From Eledone cirrhosa (lineage: Eukaryota), in NCBI GenBank assembly GCA_964016885.1, contig OZ024740.1, positions 144,088,001 through 144,152,000 of the forward strand: a DNA stretch of 64,000 nucleotides. Reading direction: 5' to 3'. Made by a program: the position numbers and the translations under genes. Every line of letters begins with the position of its first letter. Positions within the stretch are counted from its first letter, which is position 1. The notes under the pieces are model-generated. The model saw only the letters and a program-made list of their open reading frames with translations, did no database searches and was not told where the DNA came from. Below, piece after piece: positions 1 through 10,532 of the stretch.

Positions 1-400
1 TAATGGTCATTGCTTAACTGACACTCACTGAGAATTACAATCATTTGAAATGAAAGGGGACATCTGTTTGTATTAGCAGCATTCTAGGTATAAATGCCCT
101 TCTTTAATAGAAGGTTGTGTGGCAGCACACCAAACAGTTCTAGATTGTTGAGAAATTCAACGAGATAATAGATAGCATTGTCCCTGTCGACAACTTTGTC
201 GATAGATTTATAAATCTGGCTACCTCCAGGGATCATTTGTGAGATTTTGTTGATGGCCCTCACTGTGATATTTTGAGGGGCAAGGAATGCTCATTCACAC
301 AGCCACTCATCATTGAAATGGAGGAACACTTAATTAATTAAGCTTACAACACTTTTCACAACAGTACAAAATGATGAAGGATCAAAACACCCTTTAGTAT
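1..400 (-). pseudogene. Degraded Helitron PIF1-like helicase fragment
   Basis: Minus strand reads CTVVKSVVSLIN*VF..EWLCE*AFLAPQN..IPGGSQIYKSIDKV..VEFLNNLELFGVLPHNLLLKKG. After a deletion or frameshift it reads FIPRMLLIQTDVPFHFK*L*F..AMTI, resembling Helitron helicase motifs (RAILAPKN, PxEFLNSL, IPRI..PF.FKRLQFP..AMTINK). Confidence 0.8.
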
Positions 401-1779
401 CAAGGAATTGTTTTATTTTTATAAATTTAAATGGCTGAGAGGTTCTTATCTGTAACTCTGAGTGTCCCCCTCCCTTCTTGTCTCTGTTATTCGAACTGAA
501 GAAATCTCCAAGTCTGGGAGAATCCGAGGGTTCCTCCTTGTCCCCCAAATTCCTTTTTTGGAAAAGAAGGCAAGTGCAAGCATATTGGAGGTCAGTTTAG
601 TAGAAAACATAAAAAAACCTTTCTTCATGATCCCCAGTAGGTGCTTTTCTATAAATTTAAACGACTGAGAAGTGCTAATCTGTAACTCCAAGGATCTCCA
701 CTCACTCTATGCCTCCGTTTACGGAAAAAGTAGTCATTGGCAAGTGAATCGGATGTCAGCACGTTCAAAAACAAAGGAAAAAAACCTAGAAAAGAAAAAT
801 ACTCCCACAGAAGAAATCTCCGTTTTCAGAGAGAAAAATAGATTGCAAGCACATCAGCGGTCATATTATTTGAAAACACGCAAAAATCCTTAATTATTAT
901 TAATTTTATTTAGTGTTATTAACAGTCAATGTACAAACAAACTTCCTTTTTATATGTATATAGATAGATGACAGAAGAACAGACTGTATCTGTGTGCTTA
1001 AAAGAGCAGTAAAATCTCAGCCTGCCCCCACCCCCCTATTCTGTTTTCAGTTGACAGTGATCTTGATCTTGTGTCATTAGCCGTCAACATAGAAATAAAC
1101 TTCTTTTTTATAAGGATATATATATATATATATATATTAGTGATAACAAATATAAAATGAAGAATTGCAAAACATTAATTGTAAGTAGATTATATTAAAG
1201 AAAACTAAAATGGCTCCTTTTTTTAGCATATCTTGATGGAGATCAACAGGAAACAATATCTATTATTAATTGCTTTAGGGTGGTAGATTAGTAACATTCG
1301 TAGAGCTTCGGACAACATGCTTTGTGGCATGTTGTTATGGCTTTTTATGTTCTGAGTTAATAAAATCAATAAAATAATGTATCAGTAATGCACTGGGATC
1401 GATTTAATTGACTTTCCCTTTCCCTTAAAATTGCTGGTCCTGTGTCAAATGTAGAAACAATTATTACTATTATTTTAGTGAAAAACTGTTTTTAATAAAT
1501 TTCACCTTTAAAAACTAATATTTTGGCTCAGTGACAATAATCCTAGAGATCCAATAATATTTAACCGCTAGTTTACACAACAAAAAAATTCAAACGGAAT
1601 ATTTTATAACTTTAGAAACCAACATTCAACAACCTGCCCATGCAAGCATGGAAAAAAAAACAACATGAAAAGGATGATGATGATGACACTAAAGTTCAAA
1701 ACTATTTGCATTTGTGTTCTAAGGTAGGTCAGTAGAGTCTACACATAACAAATACTCCAAGAAAAAATTTAATAAATAA

Positions 1780-1876
1780 TTGTTTCTACTTTTGGCACAA
1801 GGCCAGCAATTACCCAGTACAATACTGGTACTTTATTTTATCGACCCCGTAAGGGTGAAAGGCAAAGTTAACCTCA
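1780..1876 (-). mobile_element. Old SINE fragment (Nin/Deu-domain-like); related copies near 1255-1465, 19575-19720, 25850-26025, 58950-59140 and 62670-62780
   Basis: Recurrent motif ctggtact..ttttatcgacccc.aaagg.tgaaaggcaaagt..acctcggcgg.atttgaactc; the family name is from recall. Confidence 0.6.
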
Positions 1877-2204
1877 AATAATATTCTTTTATAATAGAAT
1901 ATAAGAGAATATGAATAATATAGAGAAATGCTCTCATCAAAATAACAGTGATTTCTGTATAAAGCCACAACTATATTACAGGGATGGCTACAGACGATTT
2001 AATCCACATCCCAAACTTCACAGGTTTCTATGCACTCAAAATCTATAGCACTCAAAAGAATAAAAGCAAAGTCAACATTGGTAGGATTTGAACTGAAAAT
2101 ATAAATAGATGTGACTAAAAACTATATTGTATTTTGTTTGACATGCTACAGATTTTATATATAAATGATAAGCTATAGTAATGAATGGAAATAACTAACA
2201 AGTT

Positions 2205-2394
2205 TAAGTCTTAACGTCCTGTACCACATTAGCAAGACATTCTTGAAAAGTACAAAACAGCACTATAACTGCATCACCTTAAGATTATAGTTTTACTAAA
2301 CTACTAGAAATTTTCACTTGGGAAGAAACTGTAAATATTTGAATCAACCATGACATTTTTAGATATTTTCTGCTAAAACATGACAGGATGTTAA
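2205..2394. mobile_element. MITE family 1 (ends ttaactcttaacatcct...aggatgttaagagttaa); copies near 8130-8289, 17705-17925 and 21670-21866
   Basis: Four diverged copies share cattagcaagacattcttgaaaag...tttagatattttctgctaaa.cat..aggatg. Confidence 0.65.
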
Positions 2395-2519
2395 TGTCTC
2401 ACAAAATAGACCTTGTGTATAATGATAACCTTGAATGAAAATGAACGATTTTTGGAAGTGTGTGTATGTGTGTGTGTGTGTGTTTGTAAAAGTGTTAGAC
2501 AATTTAACAAAATGATTAC

Positions 2520-2718
2520 CTTTCATTATCTCTGACTTTGTTACAATTAACAGCAACTTTTTCCTCGGAACTACTAGAACCAAGTGAATCACTACTCTTA
2601 CCACTGCTACCACTGTCACTACCTGGTCCCTGATGCTTAGACCAACTGCGACGTATCAGAGTAGGGGAGTTATCACTTGAAGTTGTTTCTGGTGCACTGC
2701 TATCAATACTGGCCATGC
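2520..2718 (-). CDS. ZSWIM8: ZSWIM8 exon, 199 nt (last one seen; gene continues left of the window)
   Basis: GMASIDSSAPETTSSDNSPTLIRRSW...; tgcag acceptor, AG|gtaat donor. Confidence 0.92.
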
Positions 2719-2962
2719 CTGCAGGAAAAAAATTGATAAATAGGGATTGATAAAATAAGTACTGGAGTTGACATGGTTGGCTAAAACTCTTGAAGGTGGT
2801 GTTCTAGTATGATTACAGTCCAATGGCTGAAACCAGTAAACGAATAAAGTACTATTAACCCATTTTTAATGATATGTACTTTATTTTAATTAATGAATGA
2901 AGAATATTCAGGGATTTACTAAAATTAGCTGTTTTATTACTAACTTAGCATATGGTACTTAT

Positions 2963-3232
2963 AAATGTTGGTACCACAACATCCAGCCCGAAACAAATGA
3001 GGTCGTGTAGGTGTCACGACAAAAAAACACACAGTCCACGTTGTAATGTGGCCGTGTAGGTAACACGGTAAAAACCTCCCAGTTCCACACTGTAAATGTG
3101 GTTGGTGTTAGGAAGGGCATCCAGCCGTAGAAAACCCGCCAGACAGTCCTATGCGAGCAAGACAACCACTCTTGCCTCAAGTGGGAAAACTCCCGTCCAA
3201 ACCCATGCAAGCATGGAATATGGACGTTAAAC

Positions 3233-3278
<46 letters not shown>
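2963..3278 (+). mobile_element. 3' end fragment of RTE family B, inserted in a TTAA MITE
   Basis: Matches 41320-41610 and ends in (GAT)n; MITE halves at about 2855-2962 and 3279-3340. Confidence 0.8.
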
Positions 3279-3280
<2 letters not shown>

Positions 3281-3601
3281 ATGGATGGGTTTGTTTCAAG
3301 GACAAGTACTAGTTTTGGCCAGGTCGGTATCAAAAGGCTAAAAAAAATGAAATTGCTAATTTAATTTTAAAAAAAAGCAAGATTTTACTATATACAAATG
3401 AACACATACCAAGACAATATCACTCTCATCACCCAGATTATCAGCCACTTACTCCTTTTTGATAAGAATTAGCAGAGTTGTTAGGGTGTTAGATTCTATG
3501 TAGACCTGTCCAATCCTTGCTAGCAGGGAAAACAGATGTTAAATTATGATATGTGAAGAGGGCTCGATAAGGATTATATATATATATATATATATGTATA
3601 G

Positions 3602-3694
3602 GAAAAAGTATGACCCCGACGGCAGAGCTCAAGCCGAGTCCAGAAATAGCCATCGAAACGGCTTGAGATCTGCCGTCGGGGGTCATACTTTTTC
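3602..3694. repeat. Hairpin with 35-bp arms at the end of a probable Penelope-like repeat
   Basis: gaaaaagtatgaccccgacggcagagctcaagccg (3602-3636) and its inverted copy (3659-3694). Confidence 0.85.
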
Positions 3695-3782
3695 ATATTA
3701 CCCACTCTACTACCCTAAGTATTGAGTACTCTGGTGCATTATGGTCCATCTGGTTCCTTACCACAATTCCTTCGTTATATAT

Positions 3783-4114
3783 ATCATCATCATCATCGTT
3801 TTACGTCCGCTTTTCCCTGCTTGCAAGGGTGGGACGGGAACTGATTCAGGCTTGATTTCTACAGCTGGATGCCCTTCCTAACACCAACCTCATTTACAGT
3901 GAGTGCTGGGTACTTTTTGCCGTGGCACCTCCACGACCACTTTGCAGTGGAATGATATGGACCTCAGTCCCTATCATCTCATTTCTACAGCTGAGTAAAC
4001 TGGAGCAATGTGAAATAAAGTATCTTGCTCAAGGAAACAACACATCACCCGGTCTGAGAATTGAACTCACAACCTTTCTATTGCAAGGCTAATGCTCTAA
4101 CCACTAAGCCATCC
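3783..4114 (-). mobile_element. tRNA-derived SINE with RTE-type tail
   Basis: A box tggcttagtgg, B box gagttcaattc, central ccttgagcaaga.actttatttcac, (GAT)n tail; near-identical to three other copies. Confidence 0.9.
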
Positions 4115-4153
4115 ATATATATAAATATATATAAAAACCTGTAGAGCAAATAT

Positions 4154-4306
4154 TTATTAAAATAACAGATTAAAGTTTAAGCAAAGAATCGCTGCTTTCA
4201 CCCTTAATGGGATCTTCTGAAGTGTGTGTGTATATATATATATATATATTCAGAAGATTCCGTTAAGGGTGAAAGCAGCTTAAACTTTAATCTGTTATTT
4301 TAATAA
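4154..4306. repeat. Fold-back inverted repeat with a microsatellite loop
   Basis: Arms 4154-4221 and 4249-4306; the right arm lacks 10 nt; loop is (GT)n(TA)n. Confidence 0.85.
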
Positions 4307-4322
4307 TTATATACATACATAT

Positions 4323-7300
4323 ATCATCATCATCATCATCACCGTTTTACGTCCGTTCTTCCACGCTAGCATGGGTTAGACGGGTTGTCCTGTTGTGGGC
4401 AGTGTCTGGTCGGCTGACCATGCCTTGCTCATACAGGAACTGATCTGGCTTGATTTCTACAGCTGGATGCCCTTCCTAACACCAACCTCATTTACAGTGA
4501 GTGCTGGGTGCTTTTTCGTGGCGCCTACACGTCCACTTTACAGTGTGGGCTGGGTGCTTTTTTGCCGTGGCACCTCCACGACCACCTTGCGGTGGGGGGG
4601 GGGCATATTGTTTATATGCTTCAGCATGTACCCATGGGAGGTCGGGTACCCTGTATTACTGCGTGACGCCAGAAGTCACGGTCGTGTGTCATTGACTTTG
4701 AGAGGTGTAGTTGGGTAAGGTCGGCTTTTATCACCTCATCCCAAGTCATCTTGGGTCTCCCCACTCCGCGGTTTCCATCAACTTCTAGTGCTCTGCACCT
4801 TTTTATGCAGCTGTCATCCTTCATACGCATCACATGTCCATACCAGCGTAACCGCCTCTCCTGCACGCAGCATTTGATTCCTCTTATGCTCAGTCTCTCT
4901 CTCAATTCATTTATGCTTTGTCGTTCACGTATATTACTGTTACACATCCATCGGAGCATGCAGGCTTCGTTTCTCTCTAATCTACGTAAGTCTTCCACCT
5001 TCAGCGCCCAGGTCTCACTACCATGCAACATCGCTGTTCGGATACACGCATCATACAGTCTGCCTTTCATTCTGAGGGAGAAGCCTTTTGCAGCTAGCAG
5101 TGGTAGTAGTTCCCTAAACTTCTTCCATCCCGTTCTTACCCTAGTTATTGTACTTTCTGAGCACCCACCTCCGTTGCTAATTCGGTCACCTAGGTAGCAG
5201 AAGCTGTCTACTGTTTCTACAGGGCCCTCCCAGAGATTGGTGGTACTTGTTTCCTGTGGCTGTTTGCTTGCTGTTTCAGCACAGCTGCTGCATGTGAATC
5301 CTACATTCTTAATTAAGCTTCCTGAGATCCCGCTACATCTCTTGTGTACCCATTGTTTGCATTTGGGGCAAAGAATGGAGTTCCTACCTACACCTTTCCT
5401 ACATACTGAGCAAGGCCATTTCCCTGAGGGGATCTGGGTTCTGTTTTCTCGTCTACTTATAAGGACCTTAGTCTTTGTCATGTTGACTTTGAGGCCCTTT
5501 CTCTCTAGTCCCTGCTTCCAGGTTTGGAATTTATTCTCTAGTTCTACCATAGATTCAGCTATGAGTGCGAGGTCATCAGCATACAGGAGTTCCCATGGGC
5601 ATCCGGTCTTAAACTCCTCCGTTATTGCCTGCAGGACTATGATGAACAGGAGAGGGCTAAGAACAGAGCCCTGGTGGACCCCAACCTGTACGCTAAATTC
5701 CTCGCTATACTCATTGCCAATCCTAACTTTGCTGACTGCTCCCCTATACATGGCTTGTACCGCTTTCACAAGCCATTCATCTACTCCTAGTTTTCTAAGA
5801 GCCCACCAGATTACTGCACGTGGAACTCTGTCAAAGGCTTTCTCAAGGTCGACAAATGCCAAGTAGAGTGGCTTACTTTTAGCTAGGTACTTTTCCTGTA
5901 ATTGCCTCACAAGGAAGAGCGCATCAGTGGTGCCTTTCCCTGGAACAAACCCAAATTGCATCTCGTCTATATTCACCCGGTCCCTAATCAGCTGTGCTAT
6001 AACTCTTTCTGTTACTTTCATGACCTGGTCCATCAACTTTATACCTCTATAGTTTCCTCTATCTAGTGCATCGCCTTTACCTTTGTAGCAGTTGACAATG
6101 ATGCTACTGCACCAATCTTTTGGTATGGCCCCCTCTAGTATTACCTGGTTAACGATACGTGTGGTTATAGTGTGACCTACAGACCCAGATGCCTTCAGCA
6201 TCTCGGCAGCTATACCCGATGGACCGGTTGCCTTCCCTATCTTCATATCTCTGATTGCCTTACTTACTACGCTGCCGCTGACTTGTACTGCTGGTCCCTC
6301 TATAGGGTCTACGTGGGGTAGGGTCTCTTCTTCCCATGCATTCTCCTCATTTAGTAATCTATCATAATGACTCTTCCATGCATCTTTCTTCTCAGCACTT
6401 GTGAGGGCAAGCTCACCTTTATCATTCCGGATACACTTCTCTCCAATGACATCACAACTATCTCTGACACACTGCCTCGCAATCTTGAATACCTCCTGTT
6501 TCTGGTCCTCACGTTGTAAAACATGCTTGAATTTTCTATCCTCTGCTTCCCTCCTAGCTAAGTATACTTGTCGCCTAGCTTCCCTCTTGGTCTCTATGTA
6601 ATGTACCCTGCTCCCCCCGTTCTTCCATTCTTTCCATGCCTGTCTCTTGGCCTTGACTGCTTCATCTACCTTATTGTTCCACCACCAAGTCACTCTCCTC
6701 CTGCTTGAGGTCTTACTCCAGCCACAAACCTCATCCGTCGCCTCTAGTAAGTTATTTTTTAGGAACTCCCAGTTCTCTTCTACGTTAAATGTCTCTATCT
6801 GTTCTTCTTTACTGTCGTAGGCGTTGAGTAAAATATCTTTAAATCTGTTACTGGTTGAGGGGACTTTCAGCTTCCAGATCTTTCTTCTCCAGGTTGGCCT
6901 CTGTTTCAGGGCTCGTCTAGTTCTGACCGTGAGGTCGCTGACAACTAAGCTATGTTGGGATGTACATTCCTCACTAGGGAAGGCTTTTGTGTTTACGACC
7001 GTCCATCTGTCACGTCCTCTGATGAGGATAAAATCTAACTGACTAGAGTGCTCCCCTGATCTATAGGTGATCAGGTGGTTGTCGGGTTTTTTAAAGTTTG
7101 TGTTACATATCGACATGTCATTGGCGTCGCAGAATTCTAGAAGTCTGAATCCTTCCTCATTCCTTGTGCCAACTCCATGGCCTCCATGTACTCTATTGAA
7201 GCCGTCGCAGTGTTTACCTACGTGTCCGTTAAAATCTCCTGCAATGATTAGGAAGTCCTTGTCGTCTGTTAGAGCAGTAGTGTGTATTAGGGACTCGTAA

Positions 7301-7984
7301 AACCTATCCTTAAGTTCGTCTGGCAGCCCCGATTGGGGTGCGTAAGCTGATATTATTGTGGTAATTGTCTTATTCAGGACTAGTCTGAGTTTAATGATTC
7401 TTGCATTTACCCTGTACACTGAGATTACTTTATCTACCCACTTGTCAGCTAATAGTATACCTACACCACCCATCCCATCGTCATTTCCCACCCAGAAAAA
7501 TTTGTAGCACTGGCTTTTTCCTACAAGGACTCTAGCAGACCCTCCTCTCCATCTAGTCTCTTGCACACAGCATACATCAACTTCCTTTCGCTCTAGCATT
7601 TCTACGATTTCTCCTGCTCTTCCTTTCATTGAGCCTACATTGATGGTACCAACTCGGAGTTTTGGGCATTTGTCGACACTCGTAGGGGAGGGTCTCTGGG
7701 TTGGCGCTTCACGTGGGTGCTTGGTAGCTCGCAGATTCATATTTCATCTATTGATTCAGAGTTGCTCGTGTATTCCCAGCTCATCCATCCCTAACGGTGG
7801 GAAAATTGAGGGCTAGAAGGACAGTGGTGGTGGGGTAATGGCAGGGCGTGTTGGGATGCGCCAGAGGAGGAGAGAGTTAGTTAGGCAGGTAGTAGCAGCA
7901 GCAGCAGTGGAAATGGCATGCTAGGTTTGATTGGTCGAATAGACTATGGTGGTGTGTGGGGGTGGGGGGGAGGGAAATTGTGAG
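4323..7984 (-). mobile_element. Full-length RTE-clade LINE (family A)
   Basis: About 245-nt C-rich 5' UTR, one intact ORF, about 300-nt 3' UTR ending in (GAT)6. Confidence 0.95.
4621..7740 (-). CDS. RTE LINE protein: AP endonuclease + reverse transcriptase + PHD finger, 1039 aa
   Basis: TINV/QETRW/YAPQ/GDFNGH/LDFI/SQH (APE); NYRGIKL, QFGF, FVDLEKAFDRV, GVHQGSVLSPLLF, YADD, YLG (RT); RLRWYGHV..GRP..TW (RTE C-terminus); no stops. Confidence 0.95.
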   Translation of the reverse strand: MNLRATKHPREAPTQRPSPTSVDKCPKLRVGTINVGSMKGRAGEIVEMLERKEVDVCCVQETRWRGGSARVLVGKSQCYKFFWVGNDDGMGGVGILLADKWVDKVISVYRVNARIIKLRLVLNKTITTIISAYAPQSGLPDELKDRFYESLIHTTALTDDKDFLIIAGDFNGHVGKHCDGFNRVHGGHGVGTRNEEGFRLLEFCDANDMSICNTNFKKPDNHLITYRSGEHSSQLDFILIRGRDRWTVVNTKAFPSEECTSQHSLVVSDLTVRTRRALKQRPTWRRKIWKLKVPSTSNRFKDILLNAYDSKEEQIETFNVEENWEFLKNNLLEATDEVCGWSKTSSRRRVTWWWNNKVDEAVKAKRQAWKEWKNGGSRVHYIETKREARRQVYLARREAEDRKFKHVLQREDQKQEVFKIARQCVRDSCDVIGEKCIRNDKGELALTSAEKKDAWKSHYDRLLNEENAWEEETLPHVDPIEGPAVQVSGSVVSKAIRDMKIGKATGPSGIAAEMLKASGSVGHTITTRIVNQVILEGAIPKDWCSSIIVNCYKGKGDALDRGNYRGIKLMDQVMKVTERVIAQLIRDRVNIDEMQFGFVPGKGTTDALFLVRQLQEKYLAKSKPLYLAFVDLEKAFDRVPRAVIWWALRKLGVDEWLVKAVQAMYRGAVSKVRIGNEYSEEFSVQVGVHQGSVLSPLLFIIVLQAITEEFKTGCPWELLYADDLALIAESMVELENKFQTWKQGLERKGLKVNMTKTKVLISRRENRTQIPSGKWPCSVCRKGVGRNSILCPKCKQWVHKRCSGISGSLIKNVGFTCSSCAETASKQPQETSTTNLWEGPVETVDSFCYLGDRISNGGGCSESTITRVRTGWKKFRELLPLLAAKGFSLRMKGRLYDACIRTAMLHGSETWALKVEDLRRLERNEACMLRWMCNSNIRERQSINELRERLSIRGIKCCVQERRLRWYGHVMRMKDDSCIKRCRALEVDGNRGVGRPKMTWDEVIKADLTQLHLSKSMTHDRDFWRHAVIQGTRPPMGTC

Positions 7985-8129
7985 GTATGAGCAAGGCATG
8001 GTCAGCCGACCAGACACTGCCCACAACAGGACAACCCGTCTAACCCATGCTAGCGTGGAAGAACGGACGTAAAACGGTGATGATGATGATGATGATATAT
8101 GTATGTATATAATTATTAAAATAACAGAT
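7985..8129 (+). repeat. Perfect 145-bp inverted copy of 4290-4434
   Basis: Base-by-base reverse complement, including (GAT)6 and 33 bp of flanking DNA. Confidence 0.95.
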
Positions 8130-8536
8130 ATATAGCATAAGTAAGACATTCTTGAAAAACAGAAAAAGCCCTATGATTGCATCACATTAGAAATTATAGT
8201 CTTTACTGTAGATTTTCATAAATATTTGAATTAACGAACCCATTTTTAGATATTTTCTGCTCAATCATTATAGGATGCTAAGAGTTGAATAAGAGCACTT
8301 CTGTAACATAACCACTGGCAATTTCAGATGTTTTAGTATTGAAGGATTAACCCTTTTGATACCAAACCACCTGAAATTGACCATGATTTTATGATACAAA
8401 ACCTACTTAATATTGTCAAAATTCCTTGAAATACTTATTTTAAAACTATTTGAAATGCATAAGGAATAAAATGAATTAAATAAGTAATCAGAAATGATAT
8501 TTTACAAATATACCATGTAATATGTCAGAATCATAC

Positions 8537-8640
8537 CTTGTGATGGCTTCTTCCTTAGAGTCATACAGCGTATACGAGCCTCAAGTGCTTTCAAATCATC
8601 TCCATCTTCTTCCAAAGCTGAACTGTCAGTATCTTTGCCA
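8537..8640 (-). CDS. ZSWIM8: ZSWIM8 exon, 104 nt
   Basis: GKDTDSSALEEDGDDLKALEARIRCMTLRKKPSQ; AG/GT bounded, phase 2-1 bridges the neighbouring exons. Confidence 0.85.
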
Positions 8641-8830
8641 CTAATAGATGAGAACGAGAAAAGAAAGAGAGAGAGAAAGAATTTTCATTTCTTATCAATC
8701 ACAGTTAATAAGCAGGAGAAAAATTTGTACTTTCTAATAATGATCACTCTAGCACAGTCTCTTCCAAAATTGACACACACACACACATATATATATAAAA
8801 GAAACCAAAATAAACAACTAAATATTTTAC

Positions 8831-9342
8831 CTGTTATACTTAAGAGAATACATGGTTTTTGGTCGGGCACCTGTACTGTGATTGCTCGTTGCTTGTCCTT
8901 GTTCGAGGTTGAGATAGTCAAGTCTTTGTGCTGGAGAATTTTGCCATCCACTCGGATCGGGATCACTGCCCACAGAACCTAATGAACCCATAAGCATACC
9001 TGACTGAGGTAAATCAAGCCGTCCAGCTGAAGAAGCTGAGTGACTGCTGATGGTGTTTGCAGTGGAGACTACAGCTGTAGTAACAGCTGTACTGCTTTCC
9101 TCTTCCTTTGCATGTGGCTGATTTGATGATGAAGATGTTGATGAGTGTTGAGTTGAAGATGATTTACTACTGGTAGTGTTTGGATCACTGCAAGAACCAA
9201 ATTTAGTGCGTTTAGCTCCAGCCTCAGCACTTCCAGTCGTTGATGTTGATTGATGGCTACCAGATTTATTGGATAAATAAGTTGACAAACTGGGTGCTTT
9301 ATACATTTGATGAACTTCTTTGTCAAGTAATTTGTCAATAAT
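8831..9342 (-). CDS. ZSWIM8: ZSWIM8 exon, 512 nt
   Basis: IIDKLLDKEVHQMYKAPSLS followed by a Ser/Thr-rich tract; AG/GT bounded, frame consistent. Confidence 0.9.
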
Positions 9343-9943
9343 CTAAAAATCAAAAAAAAATTTTTTTTATTAGCCTTCAGTAACATTCTTCAATCTGTAA
9401 ACATTCATTAATTCAGTTACTTGCTATACATTTAACCCTTTTGATTCCAAACTATTCATCATAATTTTATGTAAGAATCTTTAAGTTATATTCCAAACAC
9501 TGTATAACAAGAAAGTTAATTATATTGCTAGCGTGGAAGATGGACGTTAAACGATGATGATGATGATCAAATCCCTCCAAATTCTTGATTATTTCATTAG
9601 AAACATGGTAAAAAAATCTAATTCAGTAATATAATTAGTTAGTGATTATGAGTAACTTCATTTAAATATTTGGAAAACTAATTGTAAATTAACCTATGTC
9701 CAGTTAACTTAAGATCAACAATTACCATTTACATTTTATGAGTATCATTATAAAACAAATTCCTAAAACTATAAAATTACTAATTCTCAGAAATATTTGA
9801 TTCTTCTTAATATATATTAATTTAAAAATGAATAAAAGGCAAATGTAATCTTAGCTAATAAACCAACTTATTTGTGGTTCATATAAAACATTCTAATCCT
9901 AATATCAATGAGCTCAAAACATATATCAGTATTATGTTACATT

Positions 9944-10281
9944 GAAGGCACATGGCTTAGTGGTTAGAGCATTGACCTTGCAATCGAAAGGTTGTGAGTT
10001 CAATTCTCAGACCGGGTGATGTGTTGTTTCCTTGAGCAAGACACTATATTTCACATTGCTTCAATTTACTCAGCTGTAGAAATGAGATGATAGGACTGGG
10101 GTCCTTATCATTCCACTGTGAAGTGGTCGTGGAGGTGCCACGGCAAAAAAGCACCCAGCACTCACTGTAAATGAGGTTGGTGTTAGGAAGGGCATCCAGC
10201 TGTAGAAATCAAGCCAGAATCAGTTCCCATCCCACTCTTGCAAGCAGGGAAAAGCGGACGTAAAAATGATGATGATGATGG
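9944..10281 (+). mobile_element. tRNA-derived SINE with RTE-type tail
   Basis: Same family as 3783-4114. Confidence 0.9.
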
Positions 10282-10407
10282 TTATCCTAAAATATGTGTG
10301 GAGAGAGAGTTGGAATTTTGAAATACATCCACCCTGAATTTCAGATAAAAGATTATGGATCTGTATTAAGTGAATATTTTCATTTTTAAGTAGCATAAAC
10401 ATCTTAC

Positions 10408-10532
10408 CTTACTCAACTTGGTCTGGTCATCTTTGTAATGAACAAGCATTGTAATAGCTAAATCTCCTCGTTGTCTACGAGTCCCTTCACATAGAAGAGG
10501 ATGCTCTGCTTCAGAAACATTTGCTTTCAAAC
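10408..10532 (-). CDS. ZSWIM8: ZSWIM8 exon, 125 nt
   Basis: GLKANVSEAEHPLLCEGTRRQRGDLAITMLVHYKDDQTKLSK; AG/GT bounded. Confidence 0.95.

Noticed and set aside
4751-7300. Plus-strand ORFs of 66-209 aa
   Set aside because: Antisense shadows of the RTE ORF with no motifs
9944-10020. tRNA-like sequence (also at 13693, 63096 and about 4110)
   Set aside because: SINE heads: no acceptor stem, and each continues into the SINE body
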